A stretch of 32,000 nucleotides of DNA from Candidatus Nanobsidianus stetteri. Lineage in GTDB: Archaea; Nanobdellota; Nanobdellia; Nanobdellales; Nanobdellaceae. Positions 1 through 8,658 of the stretch are shown here, in pieces (within the stretch, counting starts at the first letter, position 1; each line of letters opens with the position of its first letter). The stretch is taken from NCBI RefSeq assembly GCF_003086415.1, contig NZ_QEFP02000003.1:1-32000 (forward strand), read 5' to 3'. The translations under genes were made by a program, and so were the position numbers. The notes beneath the pieces were generated by a model, which was not told where the DNA came from, ran no database searches, and worked only from the letters and a program-made list of their open reading frames with translations.

Positions 1-1
1 T

Positions 2-2113
2 AATTTACATTTATATATATTAAAAAATCACGATAAATTATTTTATTTCTTTAGAAATTTAGATTTAATTGTTGTAGATGAATTACATTCATATAGAGGC
101 GTATTCGGAACAAATGCTGCATATACATTTAGAAGATTAATCAGATTATTAAAATATTTCTATAAAAATAATAATTTTAAAATATTAACATTATCTGCAA
201 CATTAAAGAATCCTATAGAATTCGCAAAAAATATGTTTGATCTAGATTTTGAATTAATTGATAAAGATTATAGTAATAAATATAAAAAATATATAATTTG
301 TTTAGATCCAAAAAGTTCAAGTTCTAGATTATTATTAAAAAGGTCAATAAGGATTTTATTAGAAAATAATATAAAATCTTTAATATTTATTGAATCAAAG
401 AAAGGTGTTGAATTATTAAAGTTAGAATCTCAAGATTTAGATAAATATAATAAAATTTATACATATAAGGCAAGTTATTTAAGGGAAAAGAGGAAAGAAA
501 TTGAGCAAAAATTTAAATCTGGAGAATATTTAATATTATTAACTACACCCGCATTAGAACTTGGAATAGATATTGGAGAAATAAGATCTGTAGTAAATTA
601 TGGAATACCCAGGGATGGAATTTCTTCAATAATTCAAAGATTTGGAAGATCTGGAAGAATTTCTGATTCAATAGATATAATGATATTTAAAAAGGATGCA
701 TTAGACTTTTATTATTCAACAAATATAAAAGAATTTTTAGATAGAATTGAGAAGAATAAGTTAGATAATATTCCATTAAATTTAGATAATGAAAAAGTTG
801 TTAAGAAACATTTAAAATATTTAATATATGAATTTGGGAGAATTGATAAAGGTATATTAAATGATTTAGAGAAAAAGTATTTGGAAGAATTGGAAAAGGA
901 AAATGTTGTATCAAAAATAAAGGATCCATTATTTGGTAAGGAATATTATAAATTAAATAATCAAGTAATATATTCTGGATTAAGAAATATTTCGGATAAA
1001 GTATATTATGTTGTAGATTTAACAAAGGAAGAAGAAGATATGATAAAAAGAATAAAGAAAAAGGAAGGATTAATAAGGATAATAAATATGTTAAAAGGTA
1101 AAGGAAAAATTTTGGAAGAAATGGATGAACACTCATTTTATGATTATCTATTACCTGGAATGGTATATTATTCTTCCGGAAGGGCAATTAGAATAACAGA
1201 TTATTATAATATAGATAATGTTACATTCGTATTCTTTAGACCAGAATTTTCAAATATAGAAACAAGTCCAATATATTATGAAGATGTAAAAATAATTAAT
1301 ACAATAGATAAAAAGGTAATAAATGATTGGGAAATATATTTGGGAGAAATAAAAGTAAAAAAAGAATTTGTAGGATATATTGAAAAATATAAAATGGGGG
1401 AAAATTATATACAAAATATAAATTATTATGAGAAAAGTATAAATTATGAATTTAATACAAAGGCAATATGGATTATAATACCTGAAAGATATCAAAAAGA
1501 ATTGGAAAGTATTTATTATAATTTCTTTTTAGATAAATTAAAAAAATATATTGAAAAGAAAAAATATAATATAAATGTTGACGAGATATTGAACTTTTCT
1601 TCTACTATAAGTAAAGATTTCTTTTATGAAAAATATAGAGGGTTAGCAAGTAAAAAAATAAAAGAAATAATTGGAGAATTTTTAGAAAAAAATTATGGAA
1701 TAAAGGATAATATATTAGTATTTTTAGTTAAGAAAATTGTTGATTATGAATCTTCATTTAGATCTGGACTACATGCAATAGAACATAATATAATAAAAAT
1801 ATCCCCAGTTGTAACATTTGTAGATTCGCAGGAACTTGGTGGATATTCTTATCCAATTCATCCACAAACAAATAAACCAACAATATTTATATATGAAGGA
1901 TATGAATCAGGTGTCGGTTTAGCAGAAATATTATATAATAATATAGAAAAATTAATTAAAAAATCTATAATATCTTTAAATAAATGTAAATGTTTGGACG
2001 GATGCCCAAGATGTATATATTCCCCAAAATGCGGTAATTATAATGAATATTTAGATAAATATTCTGGGAGATTCATATATAAAATATTTTTAAATACTAA
2101 AATATCTAATTGA
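2..2113 (+). CDS. DExH-box superfamily-2 helicase with C-terminal DUF1998/MrfA-type Cys-cluster domain (5' end outside window)
   Basis: The frame of ORF 233..2113 stays open back to nt 2. The upstream part reads ..LDLIVVDELHSYRG.. (motif II) and ..ILTLSATL.. (motif III). Inside the ORF are TTPALELGIDIG (motif V) and QRFGRSGR (motif VI). The C-terminus KCKCLDGCPRCIYSPKCGNYNEYLDK is the DUF1998-type metal-binding cluster (COG1205-like helicases). Confidence 0.85.
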   Translation, partial: NLHLYILKNHDKLFYFFRNLDLIVVDELHSYRGVFGTNAAYTFRRLIRLLKYFYKNNNFKILTLSATLKNPIEFAKNMFDLDFELIDKDYSNKYKKYIICLDPKSSSSRLLLKRSIRILLENNIKSLIFIESKKGVELLKLESQDLDKYNKIYTYKASYLREKRKEIEQKFKSGEYLILLTTPALELGIDIGEIRSVVNYGIPRDGISSIIQRFGRSGRISDSIDIMIFKKDALDFYYSTNIKEFLDRIEKNKLDNIPLNLDNEKVVKKHLKYLIYEFGRIDKGILNDLEKKYLEELEKENVVSKIKDPLFGKEYYKLNNQVIYSGLRNISDKVYYVVDLTKEEEDMIKRIKKKEGLIRIINMLKGKGKILEEMDEHSFYDYLLPGMVYYSSGRAIRITDYYNIDNVTFVFFRPEFSNIETSPIYYEDVKIINTIDKKVINDWEIYLGEIKVKKEFVGYIEKYKMGENYIQNINYYEKSINYEFNTKAIWIIIPERYQKELESIYYNFFLDKLKKYIEKKKYNINVDEILNFSSTISKDFFYEKYRGLASKKIKEIIGEFLEKNYGIKDNILVFLVKKIVDYESSFRSGLHAIEHNIIKISPVVTFVDSQELGGYSYPIHPQTNKPTIFIYEGYESGVGLAEILYNNIEKLIKKSIISLNKCKCLDGCPRCIYSPKCGNYNEYLDKYSGRFIYKIFLNTKISN

Positions 2114-2117
2114 TTTT

Positions 2118-2330
2118 ATGAAAAGTCAAATGATGACACATGGTAGTGCGTTCATGGTTGCATTGATAATAGCAGCAATATTGTTGGTTGCATATTCATA
2201 TTTTGAGTATCATAATTTTACGGGGGGTTTTAGTGATTTTGTAACATTATTCCAACATTACTATATTCAGGTTGGGATAATTTTTCTCATAGGGTTTATA
2301 TTTGGATATACTCAAGGTAAGGCTTATTAG
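2118..2330 (+). CDS. small hypothetical membrane protein (two predicted TM helices)
   Basis: ATG lies 4 nt after the helicase stop. There are two hydrophobic stretches (AFMVALIIAAILLVAY, VGIIFLIGFIFGY). No recognisable family. Confidence 0.35.
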   Translation: MKSQMMTHGSAFMVALIIAAILLVAYSYFEYHNFTGGFSDFVTLFQHYYIQVGIIFLIGFIFGYTQGKAY

Positions 2331-2376
2331 AGTACACTCTAAATATATATTTAAAATTTTTTTGGAATTATAATGA

Positions 2377-3123
2377 ATGAAGGTAACCTTCCCACAAGCT
2401 AAAGAGATAAAAAATATATTACCTGCGATAGTAAGTTTTTTATCGGAAGGAACATTTAAAGCAAATAAGGATGGTATATTTTTATCATCATTGGATCCAG
2501 CAAATGTTGCAGTAATTTTATTGGATATGTATCCAAACATGTTTACAGAATATGATGTACAAGATGAAGAAAAATTTACAATAAATTTAGAAGATTTAAA
2601 GAAAATAATGACAAAAGTTGCATTAAAGAACCAAATATCGTGGGAAATAGATAAAGAAAAAAATAAATTTGTTTTAACTGTATATGGAAAAGCAAAAAAA
2701 GTATTTACCTTACCATTAATAGAATCTGAAGGATCATTTATGGACTTACCAAGCTTAGAATTATCTGTAAAGGTTGAGATGGATTCAAAGGCATTTTATG
2801 ATATAATAGAATCTGCAAAAGTAATTGCAGATGAAATAAAAATTGTTGCAGATCCGGATGGTCCAAAGGTATCATTTATTGCTGAAGGTGAATTGAAAGA
2901 TATGAGAATTGATTTAACTCCACAAGATGAGAGTGTATTATCTATGGAAGTTCCATCAAAAGCAATGGCAAGATATTCTATAGATTATTTGTATAAATTA
3001 TCTAAAGTAGCAAAGATATCCGATACATTAACATTTAAATTGGACTCTGGAAAACCAATATGGATTGATTATAAGTCAACTGATAAATTTAAATTTGGAT
3101 TTGTATTAGCACCAAGAGAATAG
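2377..3123 (+). CDS. pcn: DNA polymerase sliding clamp PCNA
   Basis: 248 aa, the typical PCNA length. The N-terminus (F..AKEIKNILPAIVSFLSEGTFKANKDGIFLSSLDPANVAVILLDM) and the two-domain layout ending ..FKFGFVLAPRE match archaeal PCNA. A/T-rich TATA-like sequence lies about 27-32 nt upstream of the ATG. Confidence 0.9.
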   Translation: MKVTFPQAKEIKNILPAIVSFLSEGTFKANKDGIFLSSLDPANVAVILLDMYPNMFTEYDVQDEEKFTINLEDLKKIMTKVALKNQISWEIDKEKNKFVLTVYGKAKKVFTLPLIESEGSFMDLPSLELSVKVEMDSKAFYDIIESAKVIADEIKIVADPDGPKVSFIAEGELKDMRIDLTPQDESVLSMEVPSKAMARYSIDYLYKLSKVAKISDTLTFKLDSGKPIWIDYKSTDKFKFGFVLAPRE

Positions 3124-3138
3124 CCTATTTTTTAAATA

Positions 3139-3168
3139 TTTACCCCAATTTTAAATTTGTTGGGTAAA
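3139..3168 (+). terminator. possible hairpin plus T-tract downstream of PCNA
   Basis: TTTACCC(CAATTTTAAATTTGTT)GGGTAAA forms a 7-bp stem and is followed by TTCTATCTTTTT. Weak evidence in AT-rich DNA. Confidence 0.25.
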
Positions 3169-3289
3169 TTCTATCTTTTTGATATATACCCATGGGATAC
3201 GTAATATAGTAAAATAAAAATGTGTGTGATTAAGATCTCAAAGTATTTTTATGATAAGATTTGGTTTTCATCAGTCAAAATATGAAAAA

Positions 3290-3296
3290 TTTATAA
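3290..3296 (+). promoter_or_regulatory. TATA box of histone gene (leaderless spacing)
   Basis: TTTATAA starts 30 nt upstream of ATG 3320. The same spacing is seen for the archease, S11, Sm and SecF genes. Confidence 0.5.
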
Positions 3297-3319
3297 GGAA
3301 GTTTAATAATATATATTTT

Positions 3320-3562
3320 ATGGCAAGAGGAGAGAGGGGAATTCCAATGGCTGTAGTTGAAAGAATCTTAAAGCAAAAGGGTGAACAGGCAGGAGTAACA
3401 AGAGTATCAGATAAAGCAATCAGATACCTAAAACAAGAATTAGAAGATATAGCATTAGAAATTGCAAAAGAAGCAGTTTCATTGGCAAATCATGGAAAAA
3501 GAACAACTGTAAAGAGAGAAGATATACAATTAGCAACAAAACAAATATTCAAGAAGATGTAA
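3320..3562 (+). CDS. archaeal histone (HMf-type histone fold)
   Basis: [60 protein letters not shown] aligns with the HMfB pattern LPIAPIGRIIK..ERVSDDA...A.HAGRKTIK.EDI.LA. I prefer ATG 3320 (MARGERGIP..) over the track start 3251, because TTTATAA at 3290-3296 lies exactly 30 nt upstream of 3320. Confidence 0.85.
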   Translation: MARGERGIPMAVVERILKQKGEQAGVTRVSDKAIRYLKQELEDIALEIAKEAVSLANHGKRTTVKREDIQLATKQIFKKM

Positions 3563-3628
3563 AGGCTATATAATAATTTTATTTTTCTTTCTTCTATATT
3601 TTTAAATATAACTTTGTTATAGTATTTT

Positions 3629-4240
3629 ATGGAGATAATGAGCTTAGCTTCTCTAGAAGAAGAGATATATCTAAGAGGATTAACAGGATATGTTGCAGCA
3701 AAGAGAATATTTGATGGATATAAGAATATAGCAATAATAACATATCCAGATAGAATATGTTCTGCTCTATCATCTTCTTTAGTATCTTCTTTAATATTAA
3801 AAGAAGGGTATAGAGATAAAATAGCAAGAGTATATGTATATGATGAGAATAAATTGAATGATATAGCAAAAGATATTGTAAAAAATAATTTTGATGCTGT
3901 ATTTATTGCATATGGTGGCGAACAAAAGGTATCATATGTATCTGAAATAACAAAGAAAACAATATTGGCATTAAAAAATGCTGGATATAAAAATTCATTG
4001 TTAATCCATATGAGAATTTGGGTTGCAACAAAACAATTATCCGAAATATTGAATGATGAAATAAGAGAATATCTAAAATCTTTAAAGGAAATAAGAACAT
4101 TTACGGGAGATTTACAAAACAAGTTATTCTTATTCCATAAAGTAAAGATAGATAATGGAGTAAAATTAGAAAAATATGCAGAAGAAAAAATTACAGATGA
4201 GCATGTAGAATTAATAAAGAGATCGGTTCCTCCTAAATAG
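3629..4240 (+). CDS. hypothetical protein (alpha/beta N-terminal half, helical C-terminal half)
   Basis: 203-aa ORF whose composition is typical of real genes here (K/E/I-rich). The antisense ORFs 3490..4122, 3627..3869 and 3903..4100 look like F/S/L-rich shadows. No confident family assignment. Confidence 0.5.
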   Translation: MEIMSLASLEEEIYLRGLTGYVAAKRIFDGYKNIAIITYPDRICSALSSSLVSSLILKEGYRDKIARVYVYDENKLNDIAKDIVKNNFDAVFIAYGGEQKVSYVSEITKKTILALKNAGYKNSLLIHMRIWVATKQLSEILNDEIREYLKSLKEIRTFTGDLQNKLFLFHKVKIDNGVKLEKYAEEKITDEHVELIKRSVPPK

Positions 4241-4867
4241 TTTTTTATAATATTTACAATATTTATTTATTTTACATATATTGCATTTTGGATTAATTGG
4301 TTTACATATATTTCTACCGAATAAAACAAATAGAAAATTAATTTTATTATAATATTCTTCAGGTATAACCTTATATAATTCTATTTCAGTCTCTTCAGGA
4401 TTTTTTGTTTTTACGATCCCAATTCTGTTTGATATTCTATGAACATGTGTATCTACTGCAATATAGTTTTTATTACATACAATTATTAAATATACATTTG
4501 CAATCTTTCTTCCAACACCAGGTAATGATCTAATATATTCTTCATCACAATATTTATTATAATCCCATTTTTCAGCAATTTCTTTAATCCATTTTGCTTT
4601 ATTATTATATAATCCAATATCCCTTATTGTATCCTTTATTTCTTCTAAAGATGCATTTCTAATATCCTCAAGTTTATTATATTTATTAAATAATCTTTCA
4701 GAAACTTCCAATGTTTTTTCTTCCCTTACTCTTATAGATAATAGTACTGTTATTAATACCTTAAAAGGGTCTTTATATTTTTCCCAAATATATGGGGATG
4801 CAAGTTTTTCGTTTATATTATTTTCACTTAATGTTTCTTCAATTCCTTTAATTATTTCTTTTATCAT
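4211..4867 (-). CDS. nth: endonuclease III (HhH-GPD DNA glycosylase/AP lyase, 4Fe-4S)
   Basis: HhH motif LPGVGRKIANVYL, catalytic region AVDTHVHRISNRIG, and the C-terminal cluster CKPINPKCNICKINKYC (C-x6-C-x2-C-x5-C). Confidence 0.9.
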   Translation of the reverse strand: MIKEIIKGIEETLSENNINEKLASPYIWEKYKDPFKVLITVLLSIRVREEKTLEVSERLFNKYNKLEDIRNASLEEIKDTIRDIGLYNNKAKWIKEIAEKWDYNKYCDEEYIRSLPGVGRKIANVYLIIVCNKNYIAVDTHVHRISNRIGIVKTKNPEETEIELYKVIPEEYYNKINFLFVLFGRNICKPINPKCNICKINKYCKYYKKLFRRNRSLY

Positions 4868-6083
4868 AATCTTCAGGGTAAATTATAACTTTTTTACCTT
4901 TTTCAAATAAATCATATATATATTTATTATTTTCTTCAATGAAATCTTTATCTATGTTTGATAATATATTATATACATTATTGAAATATTGATCATAATC
5001 CATATTTAATATTTTTATCAAATATGGATCTGTTTCTATTCTTTTTACTATATTTTCCTTTTTAAGATTATAATTGAATTTATATATATTTGATCTTGCT
5101 TTCTTATATTTATTATCTACATTTTTTAAATTATCCAAAAATTCTTCAATAGCATTATCCAATATTTTTTCTTTATCAATTTGAAATCCAGGTATAATCA
5201 ATGAATATATAATTTCATCATCATAGAAATTTGATAAAGAAAGTGAGGGAGAATATCCTATACTATATTTATTTCTAAATATTTCAAATATTTTTGAAGA
5301 TGCACCCAAATTATAAAATTCTGTTAATGCATCAATTAACATCGTATTTTTAATATTACTATTTAAATTAATACTATAATATATCTGTTGTATATTTTTC
5401 ATTTTTATTATTATATCTTTTCCCTCTCCTTTAATTGGGTTTTTTAATTTTATATCATTTCCTTCCAATCTAGAAAAATATTTTTTGACAATTTCAACAT
5501 CTTTATCACTTATATTTCCTTCTAAAAATATTGAAATATTTTTAGGAGAATAATATTTGTATTTAAATTCTTCTAATGTATCTTTTGTTATATTATTAAT
5601 TGTTTCAATATAACCTCCTATAGGATCTCCATAATCAGAATCTCCATAAACAGATTTTGATAAATTATCTTCCAAAAATATTCTTGGATCTTCTTCTCTC
5701 ATCATTATTTCTGTTTTTACAACATTTTTCTCATTTTCAAATTCATTATTATCATATTTATCATTTTCAAACATCCAATAAAATAAATCTACAATATTTT
5801 CAAATCCTTCTTTCATTACTGCAGCAAAATATAAAGTATAATTATAATAGGTCATTGCATTATGAATTGATCCGCTTTCTTCAAATAATAGATGTATTTG
5901 GTTTTTATTATATTTTTTATTAGACTGAAACATCATATGTTCTAGTAAATGAGAAATTCCCCTAAATTCTTTATCTTCAAATATTGACCCAATATTTACT
6001 AATATTCCTATTGCAATATTCTCATTTCTAAATGGTACTTTATATAATTTTATTCCATTATCTAAGATTTCATAATCCACCAT
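4848..6083 (-). CDS. M16 (pitrilysin/insulinase) family zinc peptidase
   Basis: Inverted zinc motif HxxEH in GISHLLEHMMFQS near the N-terminus, with downstream NAMTYYNYTLYF. The length of 411 aa is typical for this family. Overlaps the nth start by 20 nt. Confidence 0.8.
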   Translation of the reverse strand: MVDYEILDNGIKLYKVPFRNENIAIGILVNIGSIFEDKEFRGISHLLEHMMFQSNKKYNKNQIHLLFEESGSIHNAMTYYNYTLYFAAVMKEGFENIVDLFYWMFENDKYDNNEFENEKNVVKTEIMMREEDPRIFLEDNLSKSVYGDSDYGDPIGGYIETINNITKDTLEEFKYKYYSPKNISIFLEGNISDKDVEIVKKYFSRLEGNDIKLKNPIKGEGKDIIIKMKNIQQIYYSINLNSNIKNTMLIDALTEFYNLGASSKIFEIFRNKYSIGYSPSLSLSNFYDDEIIYSLIIPGFQIDKEKILDNAIEEFLDNLKNVDNKYKKARSNIYKFNYNLKKENIVKRIETDPYLIKILNMDYDQYFNNVYNILSNIDKDFIEENNKYIYDLFEKGKKVIIYPEDYDKRNN

Positions 6084-6171
6084 TACTATAATTTATTTTA
6101 TTATGTTTATGTATTTTGAATAAAATATTCAATAGTAATATATATAAGTAATTCAAATTAATAATAATTTT

Positions 6172-6573
6172 ATGCCAGAGATACAAGTTAAGAAGGTTAT
6201 TGATTTAAAGAAAGGATCATATATATGGTATAATAATGAAGTATGGGAAGTATTAGAAATGGAAACTGCAAAGACAGGTAAACATGGTTCTGCAAAGGCA
6301 AGAATTTTAATAAGATCTATAGTATCTGGAAAGACTACAGAGTTAGTAAAGCCAACACAGGATCCAATAGAGGTTCCTGTAATAAATAAAATAAAGGGAC
6401 AAGTTATTGCAAAAATATCAGATGATAAATATACAGTAATGGATTTAGATACATATGAAACATTTGATGCAAAGGTATTGGATGAAAATTTAAAGGGTAA
6501 GATACAAGAAGGACAAAAGGTCTTAGTTTGGGATGTTGGAGAGAAATTAATTGTACAGGCATTTAAGGAATAA
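6172..6573 (+). CDS. eif5a: translation initiation factor 5A (aIF5A)
   Basis: Hypusine-site motif KTGKHGSAKARI, 133 aa, and an SH3-like plus OB-fold layout. Confidence 0.92.
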   Translation: MPEIQVKKVIDLKKGSYIWYNNEVWEVLEMETAKTGKHGSAKARILIRSIVSGKTTELVKPTQDPIEVPVINKIKGQVIAKISDDKYTVMDLDTYETFDAKVLDENLKGKIQEGQKVLVWDVGEKLIVQAFKE

Positions 6574-6926
6574 TGTTTTTATCCGATATAATAGAAAAGC
6601 TTTTTGATGATAAAAGTAAAAAATTAAAATTATCAAAATTTATTGAAGAAATTACTCCTGAGAGATTGAAAAAATATATAAAGAAATTTTTGGATTATTC
6701 ATTTCCAGAAACAAAAAAAGAGCTTTACAGATCATATTTAATAAATACAGCGAACTTTTTTATTTCTATAGGGTTATATGAATTAATAAACCATAATAAC
6801 TATATAAAAGAAGATTATTTATTATATAATATTTTAGGATATTCTTATTCAATGATCGTTCCTACACTTTATTATAAGATAGAAAAATTTAGAGAAATAA
6901 TTAATAGAATTATTCCATATGTTTAA
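6573..6926 (+). CDS. hypothetical protein
   Basis: The ATG overlaps the aIF5A stop (TAATG). 117 aa with two moderately hydrophobic segments. No recognisable family. Confidence 0.4.
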   Translation: MFLSDIIEKLFDDKSKKLKLSKFIEEITPERLKKYIKKFLDYSFPETKKELYRSYLINTANFFISIGLYELINHNNYIKEDYLLYNILGYSYSMIVPTLYYKIEKFREIINRIIPYV

Positions 6927-7803
6927 TTTTTTTACTAATTATATCTGCTAATCTTATTGGTTCTGGATATTTTCCACTTATCCAATATTTTTCAGATAAT
7001 TCTTTTGTTTTTTCTAATGATATTAAATTTCCTGGTGAAGAATATATTATTTCTCCAAATTTTTCTATTTTATATGCCCTTATTTCATTATTTATTATAA
7101 TCTTATTATCAATAACATTTCCAGATAACAATTTTTTGGTTATTCCAATAGTAGGTATATTTAATTTTACCCCAACATATGATGCTAAACCCAATTTGAA
7201 TGGATGAGAAATCCCATGCCCATTTACAAATAATATATCTATTTTTTCTTTTATTTTATTAAATGTTTTTATAATCGGTTCTCCATCTCTAAAAGCTAAA
7301 AATGATGGTATATATGGAAATTCAACTTTCTCTTTAAATATATACTCATTTATTAATTCTAAATTTTTATCTAATATTACATATACTACATAACCTATAT
7401 CATCTTTATAACTTAAATCAACACCACCTATTAAATTTATATCATTTATTTTATCTTCTAAAACAATTTTTTTAGCCAATTCTTCCTGAATTTTCCTATA
7501 TTTTTTTAATATTTTTTCTTTTACATTAAAATTATTAAATAAATATTTTTCTAAATTTATTATTTTATTATTTACAATTTCAACCCCTTCTTTTTTTAAT
7601 AATTCTTCTTGTATTTTATTATTTATTATCCCATCAGAATTTACAACCCTCCACCAGGGTCCATTTATTTTTTTATAATAATTTATAATAAATTTTATTG
7701 AATATGTATCCCCCAAATATTCTGATAGTATTTTAAACGTTGTTACTTTACCATATGGAATACTATTAATTAATTTGCTCAATTCTTCTATAATTTCATG
7801 CAT
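6910..7803 (-). CDS. nfi: fusion protein: N-terminal alkyltransferase-like (ATL/MGMT DNA-binding) domain plus C-terminal endonuclease V domain
   Basis: N-terminal domain: IPYGKVTTFKILSEYLG...GPWWRVVNSDGII, an MGMT-fold signature with PWWR in place of the catalytic PCHR. C-terminal domain: GGVDLSY, PYIPSFLAFRDGEP, ILFVNGHGISHPFKLGLASYVG and PTIGITKK closely parallel E. coli Nfi [39 protein letters not shown] and PTIGVAKK. Confidence 0.8.
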   Translation of the reverse strand: MHEIIEELSKLINSIPYGKVTTFKILSEYLGDTYSIKFIINYYKKINGPWWRVVNSDGIINNKIQEELLKKEGVEIVNNKIINLEKYLFNNFNVKEKILKKYRKIQEELAKKIVLEDKINDINLIGGVDLSYKDDIGYVVYVILDKNLELINEYIFKEKVEFPYIPSFLAFRDGEPIIKTFNKIKEKIDILFVNGHGISHPFKLGLASYVGVKLNIPTIGITKKLLSGNVIDNKIIINNEIRAYKIEKFGEIIYSSPGNLISLEKTKELSEKYWISGKYPEPIRLADIISKKIKHME

Positions 7804-7843
7804 AATATATAATTTAAAAAATTATTTATAACAAATATACAAA

Positions 7844-8101
7844 ATGGAAGATTGGATGAAAGAAAGTTTGTTAGGATTAATATTAATAATAATAGGTGGA
7901 TTTTTAATATATCATTGGTTGGGAGAAACTATATTAGTAATAAAGGGATTGATAGGATTAATAATATTAATATTGGGTGTATTAATATTATGGATCGGAT
8001 ATGAAGATATAAAATTAAATAAAGAATTAAAAGAGGTGCAAAAAGAGTTTAGTGAAGAGAATAAGCAAGAGCAAAAACAAGATAATCAAAATAAACAATG
8101 A
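7844..8101 (+). CDS. small hypothetical membrane protein with charged C-terminal tail
   Basis: Two hydrophobic helices (LLGLILIIIGGFLIY, GLIGLIILILGVLILWIGY) followed by a K/E/Q-rich tail. The stop overlaps the rpl15e ATG (ATGA). Confidence 0.4.
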   Translation: MEDWMKESLLGLILIIIGGFLIYHWLGETILVIKGLIGLIILILGVLILWIGYEDIKLNKELKEVQKEFSEENKQEQKQDNQNKQ

Positions 8102-8619
8102 AGTCCGCATATAAATATATTTTTGAAACATGGAAAAATAGATTTAAAGATGAGAATTTAAAGAAACTAATTAAAGAAAGATTAATTAAATGGAGAAGGG
8201 AACCTGAAATTATTAGAATAGAAAGACCAACAAGGTTGGATAAAGCTAGAAAATTGGGATGGAAACCAATAAATGGAATTATACTTGTTAGAATAAGGGT
8301 AAAGAAAGGATGGAGAAAAAGAAAAGATATGCCAAGACATGTTAAGACAAAAAATTATTATTATTATAGATCATTAAATATAAGTTTAAGAGCAATTGCT
8401 GAACAGAGAGTACAAAGGAAATATCCAAATTTAGAAGTAATAAATTCATATTATGTTGGAGAAGATGGTAAATATAAATGGTATGAAGTTATATTGGCAG
8501 ATCCAAACAATCCAAATATATATAATAGAGAAGAATATTCTTGGTTGCTTAATAGTAAAAATAGAAAAAGAGCTTTAAGGGGTTTAACTCCAGGATTTAG
8601 GTCTTTTAGAGAGATATAA
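8098..8619 (+). CDS. rpl15e: 50S ribosomal protein L15e
   Basis: MKSAYKYI.ETWK....LIKERLIKWRREPEIIRIERPTRLDKARKLGWK...GIILVRIRVKKG is the L15e signature. Confidence 0.92.
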   Translation: MKSAYKYIFETWKNRFKDENLKKLIKERLIKWRREPEIIRIERPTRLDKARKLGWKPINGIILVRIRVKKGWRKRKDMPRHVKTKNYYYYRSLNISLRAIAEQRVQRKYPNLEVINSYYVGEDGKYKWYEVILADPNNPNIYNREEYSWLLNSKNRKRALRGLTPGFRSFREI

Positions 8620-8658
8620 CATAGTTATATTTATAAGGGTTTGTAATATATTTTTTAA

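Noticed and set aside
1-2113. DUF1998 helicase as part of a defence island (DISARM/Dpd-like contexts use DUF1998 proteins)
   Set aside because: The visible neighbours are PCNA, a histone and a small membrane ORF. No methyltransferase, PLD or nuclease partners are seen. COG1205-type helicases are widespread housekeeping repair helicases in archaea. The upstream context lies outside the window and could not be checked.
2130-2136. Additional C-box-like ATGATGA/GTGATGA heptamers (e.g. 2130, about 3839, about 4053, about 8803, about 25146, about 31745; minus-strand tcatca sites near 4543, 5216, 5700, 18972, 26005) as further C/D sRNAs
   Set aside because: All lie inside coding sequences and lack a CTGA D box at the required spacing of about 12 nt, or a matching C'/D' pair. 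Only 27655-27702 has the full box set.
3251-3319. 23-aa N-terminal extension of the histone (track start 3251)
   Set aside because: The histone fold starts at GIPMAVV right after ATG 3320. TTTATAA at 3290-3296 would lie inside the extension, at the exact 30-nt promoter spacing used by other genes. An N-terminal tail cannot be fully excluded.
3490-4122. Long antisense ORFs in the supplied track: 3490..4122, 801..1187, 1250..1495, 2247..2540, 3627..3869, 3903..4100, 5657..5923, 8606..8893, 13420..13647, 16116..16310, 17908..18096, 20535..20804, 22808..23002, 23060..23320, 24350..24574, 25038..25223, 25744..25953, 26680..26868, 27243..27446
   Set aside because: Each lies opposite a gene with recognisable motifs or more plausible composition. 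Their translations are F/L/I/S/Y-rich low-complexity strings, typical of the reverse complement of K/E/N-rich AT-biased genes, where stop codons are depleted on the opposite strand. No motifs were seen.
6113-6129. Inverted repeat TTGAATA-AAA-TATTCAA in the peptidase/aIF5A divergent spacer as an operator
   Set aside because: The 7-bp arms are pure or nearly pure A/T in an AT-saturated spacer, which is within chance expectation. There is no second copy in the window.
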